In this document: positions 12,974 through 42,092 of the stretch, piece by piece
How the letters are laid out: the number at the start of each line of letters is the position of its first letter
Position numbering within the stretch: position 1 is the first letter of the stretch
Source: Camelus dromedarius
Taxonomy: Eukaryota
Direction: 5' to 3'
Length of the DNA: 64,000 nucleotides
NCBI RefSeq assembly: GCF_036321535.1
Contig: NC_087437.1
Coordinates: 19,222,001-19,286,000 of the forward strand
Notes under the pieces: model-generated
What the model was told of the DNA's origin: nothing
Database searches by the model: none
The model's input: only the letters and a program-made list of their open reading frames with translations
Translations under genes and position numbers: made by a program

Positions 12974-15819
12974 AAGAGGAGGCTTGTGCTGGTATCATCC
13001 TCATTTTATTCACAGAGGAGGAGGCACAGGTCAGTCATGTGGGGTACAGCTGGCACAGGGACCATGCACCCCGATTCCAAGTCCGGGCCCATCCCCCTCC
13101 ACACAGCTGCCACCTCTGAGAGCTAATTGCCAAGTGGAGTTGCAACCTGACATCTGGGGCATGTGTCAAACCACAACAGAGCCTGTCTTCCCTTTCATCA
13201 GGCGCGGAGGGGGGAGCCCTTGAAGGGAGGGAGAGCGCTCACTTCAAAGGCCTCCTCTCTGAGAATTCCAGCCCCAGCCTTCCAGGTTTGCTTTTGGCTT
13301 CATTTCTTGGACTCACTTGGCTCTGGGGACTGAGGTTTTACTTCTAAGTAGTGAGAAGATAGTGCTTCTTTTTTCCACTAGGGAAAAAAAATATCTCCTT
13401 CACTAAATGGTATGTGGCCCTTTGCCAGATTATTTGACATCTATTTATTAATCCTCATGGTGACCTGATGAGGTGCCTTTGTGTGTTGTCCCCATAGTAC
13501 AGATGGAAAAATTGAGCATGAAGCTGTTAGGGGCACACAGAAGGGGGCAGTTTTTTCTGGATCAAAGGTCTTACCAGGCTCCCCTGGGGAGGCAGAGTCA
13601 TGTGATAATGGGGAGTTGCTCCTGGAGCACAGAACATAAATCTCACTAAACCAGAACCCAACAGACCAAGTCTCCCATCATCCCAGATTCTGCCTTCTTC
13701 TTTTGCCTTCTCTATGAAGGAGGCAGGCCTCAGATGCATGGGAAAAACAATAAACTTTCAGAGTTGAGCTTTCCTCCAAAGAGGTAGTCCTGGAATACAT
13801 CCTCAGGCCAGCCCAGCCCCTCCTCTTCCTGAGGCCATCGTGTTGCTGGTGTTCAGTGTTAACATTTCAAGGGACATTTTGTCCAAAGCCACCAACAGTG
13901 ATGGGAATGTTGATATTTCAGAAAGATTTATTAGCTGCGGGCAAGGAAAGGGAAGTGATTTAGGGTGCCCCCTTTCCTCCCCAAAAGAAGAGCCCACTGC
14001 CCCAGACCTGTGGCCAGCCAAGGTCTCCTGGCTGACAGTTCCAAGGTTTGGTGATAAGGTTGCTGTGGAGGAGACACCAAGGAAGCAGGTCCCGCCACCC
14101 TGTGTGGGAGGGGTCGGCTGGCTACGCCGTCTTCTGGTGTGTGGCAGAGAGAGGAAACCCAGGGGTATTGGCACATCACGTGGCCCTGTGGTTTATGGGG
14201 CTTTCCCTCAGAGTGGAGATGGCCCTGTCCTCCATACATTTCATTCCCCGTGCATGCATGTGCACGTGTGTGCATGTATGTGTGTGTGTTGGGACGGCAC
14301 TGCCATGGGTTCCATAACCAGTCTCTCTCCTTGGGACAACCCAGACAGGCCTCAGCTGGGCTCCCTGCCTTGCAGAGAAGCAGGGAGTGAACCCTCAGGG
14401 ACACTCCCTGTGGTGACAGTGCAGATGGGAACCCGTGTGTGAACAGCCGTGGGCCATCTGTCAAGTGCTGCCTGCTGCAGCCCAGCCAGTCCTGTCCTAT
14501 GGAGACAGGAAGGACCAGCAAACCTTGACTCTCAAGCCCATCTCAATGGTCAGGACAAGCTAGAGGAGGAACAGTGCTTCCAAAATCACAATTAAGAAGA
14601 GAGTGAAAAGCAGAATGATGACAACAGCCTCCAGGCTGCCTCCCATCCTCCCATCTCACTGCCGCCAGGGGGATCTTTCCAAGGCTGCCCCTCTTGGGTA
14701 GAAGTTCTTTGATGGCTGGAGCACTGGTTCAGATTCAGCCGCCGGGCACTCAGGTCCCCATCTCAGGCTCTGTCCTCCCCTTCCAGCCTGTGGACCAAGC
14801 CCCACTCACCCCGTACTTTGCGGTCCCTATGTTCCTGGGAACTCACCTTCCCTCCACCTTTAATCCTGATCAAGGCCCATCTCTCCCCTCCAACTTCTGC
14901 CAGCCTCCCTGGCCTCACTGCCCACACCAGCCATTTTGTACATGTCCCAAGGCTGTCCAAGTTTGCTATCATTGTGTGATAACCACATCACACAGGTGCC
15001 CAGAGCTTTCCAGCAGACAGAGCACTTCCACAAGACACACTCACTTACTCCTCACTGCGGCCTCACAAGGTAGGGATTCCTCTCCCGACTCTGCAGATGA
15101 GCCTCAGAGAAGTTACCGTGACTGATTCTAAATCACCCGGTTTGCGGAGGCTGAGCTTGCTTCCAGGGCTGACGTTTCCTGACTCACACTCTCTCCATTA
15201 CCCCATGTGGAAAGACCCACAGCCACGTGGGCATGGCGAGGTTCCTCAGTGCCAGATGGGACGAGAGTTGGCCCTCTGGCTCTCCTGAACAGACCCTTTT
15301 AGAAAAGCAAGCATCCCCAGGGACGGGGTGCTTCCATCCTGTCTTCACCAAGCTTCCAGAATTAGAAAGAGGGGTTTTTGCATGCCTAGATCTGGGCATT
15401 TAGAAGGTAGACAGGTCTTTGCAGCAAAGTCCCCATCTCTCCCAGGACTGATGCTCCGGTCTTCTCCTCACTGCCTCCTCTGTCCTGGGAAACCCCGTGT
15501 CTCTGCAGTGGGAAGGAGGGACGGTGGGGGTTTTCTCTGCCCTCGGGCCCAGTGGAAAAGGAACAAAAGTCTTCATGAAAAGGGAGGATACGCACTGTGT
15601 CATTAAGAGAGAAGCAGAACACGGAGAGGGGCTGCCCCGACTTCAAGAAGAGCCACGTGGGAAAGGACTCCTCCAAGGCTGAGCTGCCCGAGGACCGATC
15701 GCCGCGAACCTGGGTCCTGACAGAGGTCCCACAGCGCCGCCTAGTGTCGTTCCGGAATAACATGCGTCCCGTCACTCTGCAGAGTTGGGTGCTGGACAGC
15801 AACCCAGAGCATCTCCTAC

Positions 15820-18800
15820 TGGCCAGATGAAAATCTGGATCTACAGGAATGCATGAAGAGCACTGGGAATGGCATATATGGGAATATATATAAAACACAC
15901 ATATATAATTTATTTATACTTAATTCTCTTCAGAAGATAATTGTTGGGACTGCAAAACGTACAGCCACTTCAAGAGAGTTTGGCAGTCTCTTATAAAACG
16001 AAATAGACTTTTCACCATACTGTCTAGCAATCATACTCCTAAGTATTTACCTGAGTTAGTTAAAATGTATGCCCACACAAAAACCTGATATGCATGTTTA
16101 TCTTGGAATGCTTGATTGCAAGCAGTCAAGATATCTCTCAATAGGTAAATGGATAAACAAACTGTGGTACATTCATAAAATGGAATTATTTTTTCAGTGA
16201 TAAAAAAAATGAGCTATCAATCCACAAAAAGACATGGAGGAATGTTAAAGGCATATTGCTAAGTGAAAGTGGCCCATCTAAAAAGGCTACGTACTTTATG
16301 ATTCCAACTATAGGGCGTTCTGGAAAAAGCAGTGGTTCCCAAGAGTTTGGAGGAGGGGAAGGGATGGCTAGGTGGAACACAGGACATTTTTAAGACAGTG
16401 AAATTATTCTGAATGATACTGTAATGGTGGGTGTGTGACAACATGCGTTTGTCAAAAGCCCATGGAATTACAACACAAAGAGTGACCCCTAAACTATGAA
16501 CATTAACTTTAAAAAAAAAGTATCAAGATTGATTCATCAATGGTAACAAATGCAAAATAGTTAATAATAGTTGGGGATGGGGAGAAAAGGTGTATGGGAA
16601 TTCTGAATTTTCTGATCAATTTTTCTATAAACCTAAAATTGCACTAAAAATAAAGTGTATTGAATTTTTTTAAAAAGATAATTGCTTAAGCAAAAATAGT
16701 AACCACCCATTATGGGGTCTAGTTTATATACATGTAAAACGTATATATATATATATGTAAATGTATGATAAAATGGCATAAACACTGGAGGTATTTATAC
16801 ACATGGAAGTATACTATGGTATACTATCACACCAAGTGTGCTGTAGTTTATACTATCCTAAAATGATTACTAAAATAAAAAGGCAGAGGTTGTCAGAGTA
16901 GATTTTTTAAAAAAGACCCAGTTTTATGTGATCTGCAAGAAACCCACTTTATGTATAAAGACATATACATGAAAAGTAAATGGATGGAGAAAGATACATT
17001 ATGCTAACTCAAAGGAAAGTGAGAGTAGTTCTATTAATTTTAGACAGAGCAGACTTTACAGCAAGGAAAGTTATCAGGGATAAAGAAGGGCATTTCATAA
17101 TGATAAAGGGGTCAATTCTCCAAGATTCCACGACAGTTCTTAATGTGTATGTACCTAACAACAAAGCAGCAAAATATATGAGGCAGAAACTCAGAACTTC
17201 AAGGAGAAATAGTTGAATACATTATTACAGTTGGAGACTTCAACACCCCTCTATCCGAAATGCCCAGACCCAGCAGGCAGAGAATCAATAAGGGCATATT
17301 TGAACTCAACAGCACCATCAGTCAACTGGATGCAACTGACATCTATCGACTACTTCATGGAACAACAGGAGGATACACATTCTTCTCAAGCTCACATGGA
17401 ACATTTACCACATTCTGGACCATAGAACACACCTTAACAAATTTAAAAGAACAGAAGTCATACAATGTCTGCTCTCAGATCACAGTGACATTAAATTAGA
17501 AAGTGATAGAAGGAAGATAACCAAGTGCACACTGAACATTTACCAAGGTGGACTGTATTCTGGGCCACAGGACAATTCTCAATAAATCTAAAAATTTTAA
17601 GTCGTACAAAATATGTTCTCTGACCACAAGGGAATTAAATTAGACATGAATAACAAAAAGATACCTGGAAAAATACCAAATATGGAGAAACTAAGTAACA
17701 TTAGTAAATAACCCATGGATCAAATAAATTTTGAAAAGAAAAGTTTAAAGTTATTTTGATTTGTATCAAAATGAAAACAACATATAAAAATTGTGGTATG
17801 CTGCTAAAGCAGTTCTTAAGGGGGGATTTATAACATGAAACACCTATACTGGAGAAAAAGAAAGGTCTCAAAACAGCCTCGGCTTTCACCTTAAGAAACT
17901 AGAAGAAGAAGCAGAATAAAGGAAGCAAACAGTACAGATCAACACAGAAATCGACACAAAATAGAGGAACAGTGGGGAAAAAAATGAAACCAAAAACTGG
18001 TTCTTTGAGAAATCAATACAGTTGATAAGCCTCTTGCCAGACTCATTAGAAAGAAAGGAGAAGAAATATCCAAATTAATAACATCAGGAATAAGAGAAGG
18101 GATATCTTTATAGAATCTACAGATAATAAAAAAGCTAATTAGTTAGTACTATGGACAATGTTATGCTGATAAATTTGACAACTTAGATAGACAATTTCCT
18201 TGAAAGATACAAATTACCAAACCTCACTCAGAAAATAAAATAAAAAGGTAACCTGAAAAGCCCCATATCTACTAAAGAAATTAAAATTCAATTAAAAACA
18301 TTCTCACAGTGAAAACTGAAGGCCCAGATGGCTTTACTGGTGAATTCTACCAAACCTTTAAGGGAGAGACAATACAAGTTCTACACAAACTCTTCCAGGA
18401 AATTGGAGAGGATAAAAGATTTCTTAATTCATTCTATGCAGCTAACATTACCCTGCTACAAAACCAAACACTGCAAGAAAAGGTAAATATAGACTGATAC
18501 CCTTCGTGAACATAGAGTAAAAATTCTAAGCAAAATGTTATCAAATCAGTCCAACAATATACATAAGTATGATGCATTCTTATCAAGTGGGATTTACTGG
18601 AGGAATGCAGAGTTGGTTTAACATACAAAAATCAATCTGTAATTTACCATGTTAAAAAACTATGTGAGTAAAACCCTATGATCATCTCAATAGATTCTAA
18701 AAAAAGTTGATAAAAATCCAATATCCATTCCTGAGAGAAATTCTCAGCAAACTAGGAATAAAAGAGCACATCTGCAGTCCAACAAAGGACATCTATGAAA

Positions 18801-20875
18801 AACCTACAGCTAACATTGTACTTAATATGAAGGATTGGATGCTTTCCCTCCAAGGTGAGGAACAAGACGAGAATGTCTGCTCTCACCACTGATATCCAAC
18901 ATTGTACTGGAGGTCCTAGCAAGTGTAATGATATAATATCACATCAAGTGTGCCAGAAAAAGAAAAAAAGGCAAGAAAAAGAAAAAAACAGATGTCCAGA
19001 TTGAAAAAGAAGAATTAAAGCTACCTTTATCCACAATGTGATTGTTCATGTAGAACATCTGACAGAATTTATAAACAACCTAATAGAATTAAAACGTGAG
19101 TTTAGCAAATTTGCAGGATAAAAGATCTATATACCAAAATCTATTGTATCCCTAAAGACTAGCAGCAATCATAAATTGAAATGAAGATAGCATTTATAAT
19201 AGTATCAAAAATATGAAACACTTAGCGATAAGTCTGGCTAAAGCATTGAAAGCCAAAAAACATTTCTGAGAGAAATGAAATAAGACATACATAAATGGAG
19301 AAACTTTGTTCACTGATCAGAAGACTCAATATTGTTAAGATAGATTTTATTTGATCTGAGATTTGATATAATCTCAATCAGAATTCCAAGAAGGATTTTT
19401 GTAGAAACTGAAAACCTGATTCTGAAATGTATATGGAAATGCAAAGGACACAAAATAGCCAAACCACTTTGAAAAAAAGGAGAATAGAATTGGAGAACTA
19501 GCATTATCTAGTTTCAAGATTTATCATAAAACCACAGCGACAAATCAGTGTAGTACTAACATAAAGATATAAAAATACATCAACACAACAGAACAGAGAT
19601 TCCAGAAATTGACCCACACATATACAGGCAGCTGTTTTTTTAAGTTGCAAAGGCAATTTAGTACAGGAAGGTTAGTCTTTTCAAAAAATGATTCTGGAAC
19701 AGTCAGCATATATGCAAAAATATACTTCAATCCATACTTCATACTATATTTTAAAAATCAACTCAAAATGCACCATAGACCTAAATGTGAAATATAAAAC
19801 TATAAACCTTCTAGAAGAAGACCTAGGAAAAAAAACCTTCATGACCTGGGATTAGGCAAGCACGACCGATAAGAGAACACAGTGATAAATATAAAATTGC
19901 TCTTAAAAAGATTTTGTTATGATAATACAAAGGCAAGCTACAAAAATGTTTGCAAACATTTTAAATATAGGACTTGTATCCAGAATATATAAGAATTCCT
20001 GAATTTCAATAATAGCAGAACAACCCAACTTTAAAAATAAGCAAAGATTTGAATAGACAACTTGCCAAAGAAGCTACATGAATTTCAAATAAGCACGTGA
20101 AAATATGCTCACATCATTAGTCATTAGGCCAATGCAAATTAAAAACTACAATGAGATACCATAACACACCTATTAAAATGGCTAAAATTAAAAAGACTGA
20201 TCATATCAAATATTGGTGAGAATGTTGAGGGATCAAAACTCTCATCCACTGCCAGTAGAGATGTGAAATGGTACAATTAATTTAGAAAACAGTTTGAAAG
20301 TTTCTTACAAAGTTAAATACACTCCTGTCATATGATTCAAGCATCCCACTCCTGGATATTTTCCCAAGAGAAATGAAAACATATGTCCAAAGATTTGTAC
20401 ACAGACGTTCGTAAGAGTTTTATTTGTAACAGCCAAAGACTGGAAACGACCCAAAAGTGCCTCCACAGGCAAATGGATAACAAATTGTGGTACATCCATA
20501 TAATGGAATATTATTTGGCAATAAAAAGGAATAAACTGACATGACAACATGAATGAAGTTTAAAATAATTATGTTAAGTGAAAAAAGCCAAAAAATCATG
20601 TTTATGATTATAATCTAGAGATTATAAAACTCTAGAAAATGCATATCAATCTGTAAGGAAAGAAAGCATGTTTGCCTGGGGGGTGGGGGGAGTTGTGCAG
20701 GAGGAGTGAGAGGAAGGGATTACCAAGGGGCCTGAGGAAAATTTGGGGTGATGGGCTTGTTCACTATCCTGATTGTGGTGATGCTTATTGGTGTATGCAT
20801 AGGTGAAAACTTGTCAAATCATATGCTTTACATGTGTGTGGTTTATTGTATGCCAGTTATACCTGAATAAGCCTG
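15820..20875 (+). mobile_element. Degenerate old L1 (inter-ORF region, ORF2 endonuclease and RT remnants, 3' UTR), composite
   Basis: ORF-track fragments are L1 ORF2-like ([50 protein letters not shown]); many stops and frameshifts. Confidence 0.9.
15944..16674 (+). mobile_element. 5'-truncated L1 (L1MC1-like 3' end) nested in the older L1
   Basis: Ends ttttctataaacctaaaattgcactaaaaataaagtgtatt; flanked by AAGATAATTG at 15934-15943 and 16675-16684. Confidence 0.75.
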
Positions 20876-21519
20876 TTTGTTTACTTGTTTATTTATTTAA
20901 AAATCAAGGCAATTCTACTGGAAACTATTGAGGTCAGGAATATGTGCATTCTCTTCTCATATTTTCCACGGAGCCTATGCCAGGTCTGGGTGTGCAGAAG
21001 GTGGCTGACAACTATCTCCTACTACTACCTACAAGATGTACCAGTGTAGGAAGAAAACTCATTGAGCAAGTGATTTATTGATGTAGCCAAAGTCACAGTG
21101 GGTGAGGGGAATTGGTGTAGTCACTCATTTCTCTGGACTGCTAACTCAAGTCAGTTCATTTCCGTCTGAAATGCAGTCCTGGGTGGGTTTTAAAGAGACA
21201 GAACAAATGCCACACGGCCAGGGAACAAGATGGGATGAGACAAGGACGATGATGATGATGGTGAAGAAAGTCATAATGTTAATACTGTCCACCACTTGGT
21301 GGGCACTGACCGTATGCCAGAGTGTTATCTGCCTCACGGCTGCTAGCCCTCACCCCTGTCCTGTAAGGGGCTGTATCATCCCATCTTGCAGAGGGGGAAA
21401 CCACGGCGTGAGAAGCAAGGGCTCATACAGCTAATAAATTGTGGAATTAGAATTTGAACCCACATCTGCCTGATTCTAAAGCTCTTACCATTGAACTGCC
21501 CCATTCCCAGGCCAACACA

Positions 21520-21730
21520 GATGTGCACACACACAGGACCACACAAACACACACATGTTCAACGCATATATACGTGTGTACACGTACCCGCATTTGAACA
21601 CACATTCACATACATAGTGAATGGCCATCCCTCCATACACACATGCACAAACCCATGTCCCCTGGAGACAAACATGCACATAAACGTTTGTGTGACACAT
21701 ACGGCCACATACATACAGGCACACACTTGC
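21520..21730. repeat. Degenerate (CA)n/(CACATA)-type low-complexity tract
   Basis: Mosaic acacac/acatac runs. Confidence 0.7.
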
Positions 21731-23930
21731 AGCATCCTAAGAACGTGCATTCTGCCCTTTCTGGCTTCCCATCAGTGGCAGCCAATGTGTCCTGCTGCCA
21801 GCTTCTCCCAGCCCAGGCCCCAGGAATCTTTAGGACCCTTGCAGTCCTGAGTCTTAAGTGAAATTATGCTCAGGTCCCTGATCTGGGAACTGCATGCTAG
21901 CCCTGGCAATCAGTTGCTCACATTTTCTCATGAAAGGAATTTTTGATGGGCTTATTAACCTTAAAATACAGCTCTCAGGCAGATCTGGACTTCCTGAGTC
22001 CAGATCGAACTGAAAAATAACCTTGTGACAGACCACCCGGTTCTGAGCTGATGGGAATTACTTTCAACCCAGGCCAGCATGTCCCTCAGACAAAATGTTC
22101 CACATACCAAACCTGACAGCAGCCAGCTCTCGGAAGTAGGGGGGCCAAGTGTCGGCTATTACAGATCATATCCACAATGGCTGTGACACAGGGGTGATTG
22201 CTCTGGGCCTGCGTCATGGTAGGGGCATCTGGGATGGCAGGAAGGAGCCAGCCTGAGCGCCTTTGACATTTATGTCCTTGCACTGTAGGACAGAGAGTCT
22301 GCCTATCATCACAGACAGATGGAGCCTTGGCCTTAGGCAATTATTTTCTGTTTTGAGTATCCAATTTGGGGTAGAATTGTGGTTCAGTAGGTGCTGTCAG
22401 AAGAAAAAAGACAGAGTATCATGTGGAAAATTGAGGCTAAACTGATAATTCCAGGGTTGGAGGAAATGACTCATCCACCCCACTGTCTCGTGGTGGAGGA
22501 CAGTCTCCCTGCCTGCTCACTTTTGGGCCACATTCTGGGCTCAGAAGACAGTCTCTATTATTTCTGCAAGTCTCAGTGTTTTTCCTCACTCCATGAAACA
22601 CATGTGAAACAGAGCCTTTCCACCATCACAGCTGCCAGCGACCACAGGGTTTAGCCTCATCTCTGCGTTGAACAAATCGGGTGGCCTTGGGCAAGACCCT
22701 TAACTTTGGAGCCTCAGCTGACGCAGAGAGAAGATGGGGCTGTCGGCGCCTGCCTCGCCTCCCTCATCAGTCTGCCGTGGGGACACATAGGACTAATGAG
22801 AAGACTGCGAGCCAAATGGGAGGGAAGATGGCTGGGCTTTGTCACATCTGTCAACATCCTCACCATTGCTCAAGGCTCTTCTGCTCAGAGACAGCCTTGC
22901 ATGGGCTTCCAGGCACACCTTCCAATGTTTTCCATATTTCTCTGAAACTACCAGGAATCATTTCCTGGCTTCCCATCTGATTTCTCTTCTCCTGCGTGGC
23001 TGCAGACTGTCCAGCTACTTCAGGTTCTAGCATCACAGCCGTGGCTACTTCACACTTCTCACTCCTACAGTTTCCAACAACCCTACATTTTCTCAGCCAA
23101 TGACCTTGCTTTCCATTGCTTGGAGAAGAGAGAGGCCAAGAAGTAAGAAGGCCCACTGATTCTCTCCTAAAACCTATCTACACTCCACCCATCTTTAACT
23201 CCTTGCCTCCTAGTACAAAGGCCTCCCTCCCGTCAATGGCCAGTGTCCCCACTTGGTATCTTATTTCCTGCAGTTTCCTCAGGAACCTCCCATCATCACT
23301 TGTCCCTTCCCACTTTACTCTTTCCCTTGCTACTGGTCCCTTCTTAGTGCACAAAGGAGCTTTGGCCATGGGATTTGTGTCTGTAGGAATATGTTGGGGA
23401 TTTGGACTCTGGGTGAGGACAAAAACTGGGTAGATGTGGTCCTTGGGGAAGGTTTCAAAGATAGGATTTTGAAGACTATATGGGAGTTGCAAGGATGTTG
23501 CTGAAAATTTTAAGAATTCTTGTACTGTCCAGACTGTCACCCTTCCCCCTCAGTCCCTTTCCTCTCTCCATCCCTCTCTTTGACATCTATCCTCACACCC
23601 TCATCTTGAGGAATTCTAAAAATCCAGGGCAAAATCCTAGACCCTTTAGGGAAATAATGAAATGTTCAGACCTTGTAAAATCACCATTAGTTGGGTAACT
23701 GAAACATCACTATACTTCTAGCTTTACAAGTAATAGGACTCATTCTTGCTCCACAGAGCTGATGCTCCCTCCCCTAGACTGACCTCATGAATCCGACCAC
23801 TAGATGCAGCCAAGGTGTCTTGCAACTGTCAGTCAGAGGGCCAGCTCTCCCCACTCCCCAGGGGTGAATAGGGCCCCACCCAGGCCAATCAGCTTCTCTT
23901 ATCAGGAACTTTAATTTGATGGAAAGCATG

Positions 23931-24265
23931 TAGAATCGTCCCTCAAGATCCTCAGAGGATTAACCCCCCCCCCCCAATACCAAAATCCAAGGATGCTCAA
24001 GTCCCTTACATAAAATGATGTAGTATTTACATATAACCCACACACATTCTCTCTTATACTTTAAATCATCTCTGGACTACTTGTAATACCCAATACAAGG
24101 TAAATGCTATTTCAGTAGTTGCAAATACAATGTAAAAGCTATGTAAGTATTTGCCAGCACGTGGCAAATTCAAGTTTTGCTTTTTGAAACTTTCTGGAAT
24201 TTTATTCTTTGCATATTTTTGATCCACAGTTGGTTGAACCCATGGATACAGAACCGTGAATGTGT
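23931..24265 (+). mobile_element. MER2/MER2B-like Tigger-family MITE
   Basis: ataccaaaatccaaggatgctcaagtcccttacataaaatg...ttttgatccacagttggttgaacccatggatacagaaccg. Confidence 0.8.
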
Positions 24266-25051
24266 AATTCATGGGTTTGGAGGGGCCAGCTGTAGTTGGA
24301 ACCAAGTCATTCTGACAGCAGCCTCCTGGAGAAATTTCTCTTTAGTTCTTGCCTCTGGGGACCCTGGGGCTTCCATCCTTCAAGTCTTTCTGGAGTCTTG
24401 GCTATTCAGCTTTCCATTTAACTCTGGGAGATAGTAAACATCCTTACCATTACTTCCATGTCTGTTTTATACAGGGAAGATTTCTGTCACTTGCAACCAG
24501 AGAATCTTAGCATATAACTCTGTAAAGCTCTCCCTCTAAAGTTCTCTGGAAAGCCACTGACTGGCTGCCACATGACATTCTTGCACCTACTTTGGAACCA
24601 CCAGGCATTAGATACCGAAGGTACTTTATCCTCAGAGTCTGCAAGATAAGTACTATCATTGTACCCATTTTGCAGATGAGGGGCTGAGGCTCTGAAAGAT
24701 GAGGGAATGTGCCCAAGATTAAAGCTGGAACCAGAAATCTTAGTCATGCCATCCATAAAATTTAGTATAGCCCAAGTAAAGCAGATTAATGGAAGAAATG
24801 TGGGAGCGTCTCTGGAGGAAGACAGCGCCTTCCTCCATGTCTCTCTTTCTCAGACCTCCTAGTCCGCCATCTCAGCTCCAGCTCCATTTTCCTGGCTTTC
24901 TCTGCTCACTCATCAGTGAGCATATTGCTGGAAAAGGTTGCTCCAAACCTAACTCTAAATAGTTATTCACTTCAAGCTTCTACCGTCAACTATAGTTTGT
25001 GTTTCTTAGTTTGAAACATTGAGATAAAATCTGTTTGGTGCCTGGACAGCT

Positions 25052-25520
25052 GGGGTAGGCAGAAAAAATTTCCTCCCTTCTTCCTGAAAAGATACTTACT
25101 TGCTAGTCCCTGGAACCTGTGAATGTTTTAAGGAAATCGGCTTTTTGAAGAAGTGATTAAGGATTTTAAGATGGAGAGACTACCTTGCTCTGTTCTGAAA
25201 TGCAATCCTATATATAACCTTATAGAGTAAGGCAAAGGGAGACTGGGCACAGACAGAAGAGAAGGTGATATGAAGCAGAGATTGGAGTGATGCAGCCATA
25301 AGCCAAGGAATGTTTGCAGCCACAAGAATCTGGAAGAGACAAGGAACATATTCTCCCCTAGAGTCCCTGAAGGGAGCACAGCTTTGCTGATAATTTGACT
25401 TCAGCCCAGTGAGACTGATTTAGATTACTGGCATCCAGAACTGTGATAGAATAAATTTCTGTTGTTTTAAGAAAACAGATTTGCCATAACTTGTTACAGC
25501 AGCTACAGGGAACTAACACA
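25052..25520 (+). mobile_element. MaLR solo LTR (MLT1C/D-like)
   Basis: ccctggaacctgtgaatgtt...agccaaggaatg...ccagaactgtgatagaataaatttctgttgttttaag...gttacagcagctacagggaactaacaca. Confidence 0.85.
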
Positions 25521-26696
25521 GCAGCCAGTGGATTAATTTCTACTGCGTTATGTCCACTCACAGTCCAATCGGTTTTATCCAGGGGGATGTTAATGGGAAA
25601 TACACAGCCACAGATGCCTATCCGCTGGGAAAATAGGTGGTGTATTCTCACAGGAAAGGCATAACTGGGAGACACTTGCATGCCTTCCACTACCACTCCC
25701 TGACACCTTTTATCATGTAGATGTAAGAGGAAGTGTTAGGAAGCACTGGGTAACAGTCATGCCTGAGAGCAGTACCAAGCCGAGGACTCTCCTTCCCTGC
25801 CCAGATAGAGAATGAGTTCATAAACGGAGCTCTTAATGGGCAGCGGGTGAGGTGAGGTTAGACTATAAGTCTACCTGTCCGACTAATTCAAACAGTCATT
25901 TACTTAACACCCTTCTTTAGCCAGGCCTTGAGATAAGTTCTTAACACAAGCACCAACCTATAGTCTAGGGGAGAATAAGACCTGCACATCCTGGACAGCT
26001 GGGAAGAAAATAACAGGATCCTTTAATCATTCATTTAGTCTTTAATTCAACAAATGTTTGCTGTGTACATCAATATATTATTGGGCTAGGTGTTATACAA
26101 TATATAAAGTCATTGTCTTCATGGCATGACAAAAGCAAGCAGATAATTGAGCAGAATAATCACAAACTGAGAAAAAGTCTGTGAAAGAAAGTAAGATCCT
26201 TCTGAGACAGAAAAAGGTGTATGAGTTGATGCAGGATGATGGTGGTGGTGGCAATCAGGACTTGTTATCAGGTGGTATTTGGGGGTGGGGAGGAGTGGAC
26301 AGGCGTGGAGGGGTCCTGTGAGAAGTCTGAATGGAGAAGTCGAATAGGCAGTTGGATTTAAACCTGGGGCTGGGAGGAAAGGGTTGGGCAGGAAATGGAA
26401 ATTTGTTATTTAGAGCCATGGAAACGAAGGAAAGGTCCCTGAAAAAGGAGAACATAAACACCTTCTACGTGTGAAAAAGCGGTTTATAAGAAACAATCTA
26501 TACATTTGTTTTGTTTTCTAGATTAACAATAACATTATTTTATAGATTTTATATGTTACTGTTTTATAAACATTAAGTTACATCGCTTCCGGCTCCCTCC
26601 TCCCTCATCCAGACTACATTTCCCAGAATGCCATATGAACGGCGCGAGACCCGGAACCGCTCTCAGCTGCTTCCGGCGTCAGTGGTCCGGATAATT

Positions 26697-42074
<15,378 letters not shown>

Positions 42075-42086
42075 AAATATTTTAAA

Positions 42087-42092
42087 AATAAA
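42087..42092 (+). terminator. MRPS22 polyadenylation signal AATAAA
   Basis: Canonical hexamer 12 nt after the stop, followed by a T-rich tract (gttttttctgtt) about 25-35 nt downstream. Confidence 0.75.

Noticed and set aside
13840..14521. Overlapping 200-aa (+) and 196-aa (-) ORFs
   Set aside because: Non-ATG starts, run through a TG microsatellite, no homology recognised.
16980..20550. Functional L1 ORF2
   Set aside because: Broken by many stops and frameshifts.
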